This document shows, piece by piece, positions 59,800 through 64,000 of a stretch of 64,000 nt of DNA. This DNA comes from Candidatus Aminicenantes bacterium (lineage in GTDB: Bacteria > Acidobacteriota > Aminicenantia > Aminicenantales > JAFGBC01), in contig OY969696.1 in assembly GCA_963702005.1 (NCBI GenBank), positions 4,000,001 to 4,064,000 of the forward strand, written 5' to 3'. The position numbers and the translations under genes were made by a program. Below the pieces are notes generated by a model. That model saw nothing but the letters and a program-made list of their open reading frames with translations. It searched no databases and was not told where the DNA came from. Positions within the stretch are counted from its first letter, which is position 1, and the number at the start of each line of letters is the position of its first letter.

Positions 59800-61242
59800 A
59801 TGGCGCTCAAGGTCATCGTGCTGGCCGCTTACGTGGCCCTCATTATCGCCATCGGCGTCCTGCGCGGGCGCAAGACGAAATCCTTCTCCGACTTTTTCCT
59901 GGGGGGCGGGACGATCGGTCCCTGGATGACGGCCTTCACCTATGGCGCGGCCTACTTCTCGGCCGTCCTGTTCATCGGGTTCGCCGGGAAAGTCGGCTGG
60001 GGCTTCGGCTATTCCGGCCTGTGGATCGCCGTCGGCAACGCCCTGATCGGAGTCCTGGCCGTGTGGTGGATCATGGGCGAGCGGGTCAAGAAGATGGCGG
60101 CCGAGACCGGCGCCGCGACCATGGGCGAGTATCTCGAGAAGCGCTACGGGAGCCCCTTCCTCAAGCTCTTCTCGTCATTCTCCATCTTCGTCTTCTTCGT
60201 CCCCTACTCGGCGGCCGTCTTCATCGGCCTCTCCTACCTGTTCAAGCTCAACTTCAACACCGAATATTGGCAGGCCCTGATCTTCATGGGTGTCTTCACG
60301 GCCGTCTACATAGTTCTGGGCGGTTACAAGTCCATGACCATGATGGACGTTCTGTTCGGGATCCTGATGCTCATCGGCGGCATGGTTATGGCCTTGAGCG
60401 TCGTCTCTAGGACGGGCGGGATCGCCTCCGCGACGGCGCAACTCCAAGCCATCAATCCCAAGCTCACGGCCCTCGTCGGACCGCCCGGCTGGTGGCCGCT
60501 CTTCTCGCTCGTCTTTCTGACCTCGGTCGCGCCTTTCGGCATGCCGCAGCTCATCCAGAAATTTTACGCCGTCAAGGACCGGCGCTCGATCCGGATCGGC
60601 ATGATCATCTCGACCCTATTCGCGCTTCTCCTCTCCGCCGTCGCCTACTTCTCGGGGAGCGTGACCCGTCTTTTTCTTTCGCCCGAAACGGCCCCGGCCG
60701 CTTTCGCCAACGGAAAACCCGTCTACGACGCTCTGATGCCCGAGATGCTGGCCCGGGTCGTTCCCGGCCCGCTCTCGATCCTCATTCTTCTTCTTATTCT
60801 TGCCGCCTCGATGTCGACGCTGGCCGCCCTCATTCTCATCTCCAGCTCGGCCGTCGCCAAGGACTTCTACGCGGGCTTTATCAATCCCAGGGTATCGGAC
60901 CGGACCCTGACCCGGATGATGAGGGGGCTGAGCGCCCTGTTCGCGGCCCTGTCGGTCGTCTTCGCCTGGCTCCGGCCGGCGACGATCGTCTCGATCCTGG
61001 GGATCTCCTGGGGCGCGATCGGCTCGGTCTTTCTGGGGCCGTTCGTCTGGGGGCTGTTGACCAAACGGGCCAACAAGCTCGGCGCCGTCGCGGGCTCCAT
61101 CCTCGCTCTGGTCGTGTGCGTCGTCCTCTATGTCCGGGGCATGTCCTCGCCCGAAGCCGGGACGATCGGAATGATGGTCTCGCTCGCGGCCGTCCCGCTC
61201 CTGAGCCTGTTCGGGGCGCCACCTTCCCCAGAACATAAATAA
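59800..61242 (+). CDS. Sodium:solute symporter family protein
   Basis: DFFLGG..IGPW, SAVLFIG.AG, GMPQ...KFYA, AASMST, about 13 TM. Confidence 0.93.
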   Translation: MALKVIVLAAYVALIIAIGVLRGRKTKSFSDFFLGGGTIGPWMTAFTYGAAYFSAVLFIGFAGKVGWGFGYSGLWIAVGNALIGVLAVWWIMGERVKKMAAETGAATMGEYLEKRYGSPFLKLFSSFSIFVFFVPYSAAVFIGLSYLFKLNFNTEYWQALIFMGVFTAVYIVLGGYKSMTMMDVLFGILMLIGGMVMALSVVSRTGGIASATAQLQAINPKLTALVGPPGWWPLFSLVFLTSVAPFGMPQLIQKFYAVKDRRSIRIGMIISTLFALLLSAVAYFSGSVTRLFLSPETAPAAFANGKPVYDALMPEMLARVVPGPLSILILLLILAASMSTLAALILISSSAVAKDFYAGFINPRVSDRTLTRMMRGLSALFAALSVVFAWLRPATIVSILGISWGAIGSVFLGPFVWGLLTKRANKLGAVAGSILALVVCVVLYVRGMSSPEAGTIGMMVSLAAVPLLSLFGAPPSPEHK

Positions 61243-61288
61243 CCCAGGGCGCGATCCACGTCGAAAAGGAAACCCCCTTGGACCAATC

Positions 61289-62189
61289 TTAGAAACTCCG
61301 GCGGCAGATGCCGCCGCTCCAGGTCCCGACGTAGACCTTGCGGCCGGCGGAATCAATCGCCATCCAGGTGATATTATACTGTGCATAATCTATGGGAAGA
61401 CCCGGGCTGAGGTCCTCCCAGGTCGTCCCCCCGTCGCCGCTGTAGAAAACGCCGGTTCCGGCCGCAAGGACTTCGTTCGAACTGGAGGGATTGATCACGA
61501 TCCAGCGGCTGGACGACGGGCTGTTCGCGATCTTCGTCCAGGTCGAACCTCCATTCGTGCTCTTGTAAATCCCTTGATTAGAGATCCCGCCGGTGTAGAG
61601 GGTCTTGGGCGAGTCCGGCGCTATGGCGATAGAACTGAATACGGGCCCCGGGCCGGACGATGGGGAGGCGATAGGGCCCCAAGCGACGCCGCCGTCCGTG
61701 CTTTTATAAAAGACCGGAATCGAAGACGCCGTCACTCCGGCGACATAGACCGTATTGCTGTTGGAAGGGTCCAGGACCACGGCCGTCGCGTAACTGTAAT
61801 TGTCGTCCCTGATCTTGGTTTGGGTCCACTTCAGCCCCCCGTCCGTCGAGCGGGAAATCCCCATGACGGCCTTGCCGCCGACCAGGATGGAGCCGGCCGC
61901 GAGGACCCGATCCTTGTTCACGGAGTCGGCGACCAAGACCTGTCCCAGCGCCGCATATGAGGAATAGGGGAGAACTAGATCGAAGCTCTTTCCGCCGTTA
62001 ACAGACCTGAAGACGCCCCCGGCGTAGGCCGACAGATATATTCGGTTCAGGTCCGCAGCCGAGACGATGAGGCTAGAGATGGAGGAGTTCCCCGGGTTGG
62101 CACCGAGTCTCGTCCAACTGCCGCCGGCGTTTAAGCTCTTGAAGAAGCCAAAGTCGTAGGCCGCGGCATAGAATGTCCCGGCCGCGCCT
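61289..62189 (-). pseudogene. BNR/Asp-box repeat beta-propeller protein, N-terminally truncated
   Basis: Repeated (K/R)S.(D/N)GG..W motifs. No signal peptide or RBS, and it abuts another fragment. Confidence 0.7.
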
Positions 62190-62357
62190 CGGGAGTTCCT
62201 GAGCACTGGGGCGGCGGCCGCGGCCGGCGTGATGATCGTGCCGCGCCGCGTCTTAGGCGGCCCGGGCTATTCGGCGCCGAGCGATGCGTTGAACGTCGGC
62301 TGCGTCGCCGTCGGCGGCCGGGGGTTCGCGGATACTCAGGCGGCGAGCACTGAGTAG
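62190..62357 (+). pseudogene. N-terminal fragment of a Tat-exported Gfo/Idh/MocA oxidoreductase
   Basis: Translates as REFLSTGAAAAAGVMIVPRRVLGGPGYSAPSDALNVGCVAVGGRG...*, with no in-frame start. Confidence 0.7.
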
Positions 62358-62532
62358 CGGCGGACGGCGGATACCAACCGAGTTCGGAACCGTTCACCAC
62401 GGACTCGGCCTTCCGGCGGGGAACGGAGGGACTTTTGTAGAAAAACAAACGGGATTATGGATATTGTCTCTCATTTTGTGCGATAAATAGATAAAGAGTT
62501 TTCCTTAAGACATCTAGTTGGGAGAGGCCGAC

Positions 62533-63666
62533 ATGAGCCGACTCCGCGTCCCGATCAAGAAACCAAAGCCCGATATCGGGCACTTCCTGGCGGCGATGAG
62601 CGGGAAGACGATCCCGGAACAGGTTCCGCTGGTCGAGTATCTGATCGACAACGCCGTCATGAAGCCCATCCTGACGGACCTGTTGGGCCGCCGCTGGGTG
62701 GACGCCTCGGACAAGACCGAATACATGGGCGGCCAGATGGACTTCTCCCGGGAAAACCTGAAGACCATCGACGCCTGGCTCGACAATCAGATCGCCTTTT
62801 GGCTGCACATGGGGTATGACTTTATCCGCTGCGAGGTGAGCCTGCCCCTGCCCGCCGTCTCGCTCGTCACGCGCGATACGGCGCGGGGGAACGAAAGCGC
62901 GAACCGGGCCTGGCAGGGACTTCATGAGGGCTTGATAAAATCCTGGGAGGATTTCGAGAAGTATCCCTGGCCCCAGGTGAGCGACGACAATTTCTACATT
63001 CACCGTTATATCTGCGACCACCTCCCGGACGGGTTCGGCTTCATCACCTGTCACGCCGGCGGCGTCTATGAGCACGTCTCCCGTCTCATCGGATATGAAA
63101 CCCTCTGCTATCTGCTGTATGACGACCCGGGCCTTGTCAAGGCGGTCGCCGACCGGCTCGGCGAACTCATCTTCAAATACAATGCCTTTCTCCTCGAGCT
63201 CGACGGGCTGTCGGTCATTTTCCAGGGCGAGGACTTCGGCTACAATACCCAGACCCTGATCCCGCCGGACGACATACGGAAATTCTTTCTGCCCTGGCAC
63301 AAGAAGTTCGCGGATCAGAGCCACGCCAAGGGGAGGCCGTATTATCTCCACAGCTGCGGCGAAGTCTCCGCAATCATGGAGGATCTCATCCGGGATGTCC
63401 GGATCGATGCCAAGCATTCCTTCCAGGACAACGTCCTCCCGGTTTGGGAGGCGAAGAAGAAATACGGCGACCGGATCGCCATCCTGGGTGGCGTCGACGT
63501 CGACAAACTGGCCGGCCTCCCGCCGGATGAGCTCCGAAAATATGTCCGGACGGTGATCGACCGCTGCGCGCCCGGCGGGCGCTTCGCGGTCGGGGCCGGA
63601 AACTCCATCCCGAGCTATATCCCCGTGAAGAATTATCTGACCCTGCTCGACGAGGCCCTTCGTTGA
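62533..63666 (+). CDS. Uroporphyrinogen decarboxylase (UroD/MtaA) family protein
   Basis: GEDFG, LHSCG, KHSFQD, LGGVDVD, G.GNSIP.YIP..NY. GGAGAGG RBS. Confidence 0.9.
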   Translation: MSRLRVPIKKPKPDIGHFLAAMSGKTIPEQVPLVEYLIDNAVMKPILTDLLGRRWVDASDKTEYMGGQMDFSRENLKTIDAWLDNQIAFWLHMGYDFIRCEVSLPLPAVSLVTRDTARGNESANRAWQGLHEGLIKSWEDFEKYPWPQVSDDNFYIHRYICDHLPDGFGFITCHAGGVYEHVSRLIGYETLCYLLYDDPGLVKAVADRLGELIFKYNAFLLELDGLSVIFQGEDFGYNTQTLIPPDDIRKFFLPWHKKFADQSHAKGRPYYLHSCGEVSAIMEDLIRDVRIDAKHSFQDNVLPVWEAKKKYGDRIAILGGVDVDKLAGLPPDELRKYVRTVIDRCAPGGRFAVGAGNSIPSYIPVKNYLTLLDEALR

Positions 63667-64000
63667 AAGGCCAACCTCACCCCGGCAAACTCCGTCTCGC
63701 CCCGGTCCTCCGGCTTTCGACGGCGGAACCCTGAAACTTTTTCGATTTAAAAAGGCTATGGGAAAAGAAAGAGGCCTAACCACCGAGAAGGCAGCTTCGT
63801 TTTGGCCAAGATAGTCAAAAACGAAACTAGCCTCTCGCACAAGGTCGAGAAAGGAAAGAAGTAACGAGTATAATAAATGATCAATCCTATCTTGAACTCT
63901 GTGACTGTCTCAAAAATGAAATCTTGCAGGAATCAAGGCTGAATAAGTGCTTGATAGGTACTTATGTACTAAATTCGCAGATATCTATGAAATAGCGGAC

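Noticed and set aside
52972-63666. Heme biosynthesis role for the UroD-family genes
   Set aside because: They look like the broad UroD/MtaA-like paralogs common in anaerobes, and no other hem genes are nearby.
63774-63860. Integron attC site (GCCTAAC followed by a hairpin)
   Set aside because: No closing GTTRRRY box, no cassette ORF ending there, no integrase.

Overview
GC-rich, gene-dense bacterial chromosome segment from a diderm, probably anaerobic heterotroph. The gene repertoire and protein style suggest Candidatus Aminicenantes or a related Acidobacteriota lineage (inference, no database search). I found no rRNA, tRNA or CRISPR array. Main content: secreted peptidases and hydrolases (DegP, proline iminopeptidase, M14, M19, PHP, GH43-like); an orphan solute-binding protein, histidine kinase and sigma-54 activator operon; an envelope operon with two tandem lipoprotein plus beta-barrel pairs ahead of a BamA; a phospholipid cluster with a radical SAM enzyme; 2-oxoacid:ferredoxin oxidoreductase; and a decayed mosaic region (about 53-62.4 kb) of gene fragments. 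The best candidates for new biology are four. (1) A local sigma-54 regulon with three -24/-12 promoters, two of them with a palindromic upstream site at identical spacing. One drives an unannotated ~64-nt self-terminating RNA that displays an anti-Shine-Dalgarno loop. (2) The duplicated lipoprotein/barrel/BamA operon. (3) IS91/ISCR-like 3'-end relics sitting directly upstream of several genes, some with promoters. (4) The radical SAM lipid operon. All family assignments come from motif recognition by eye.
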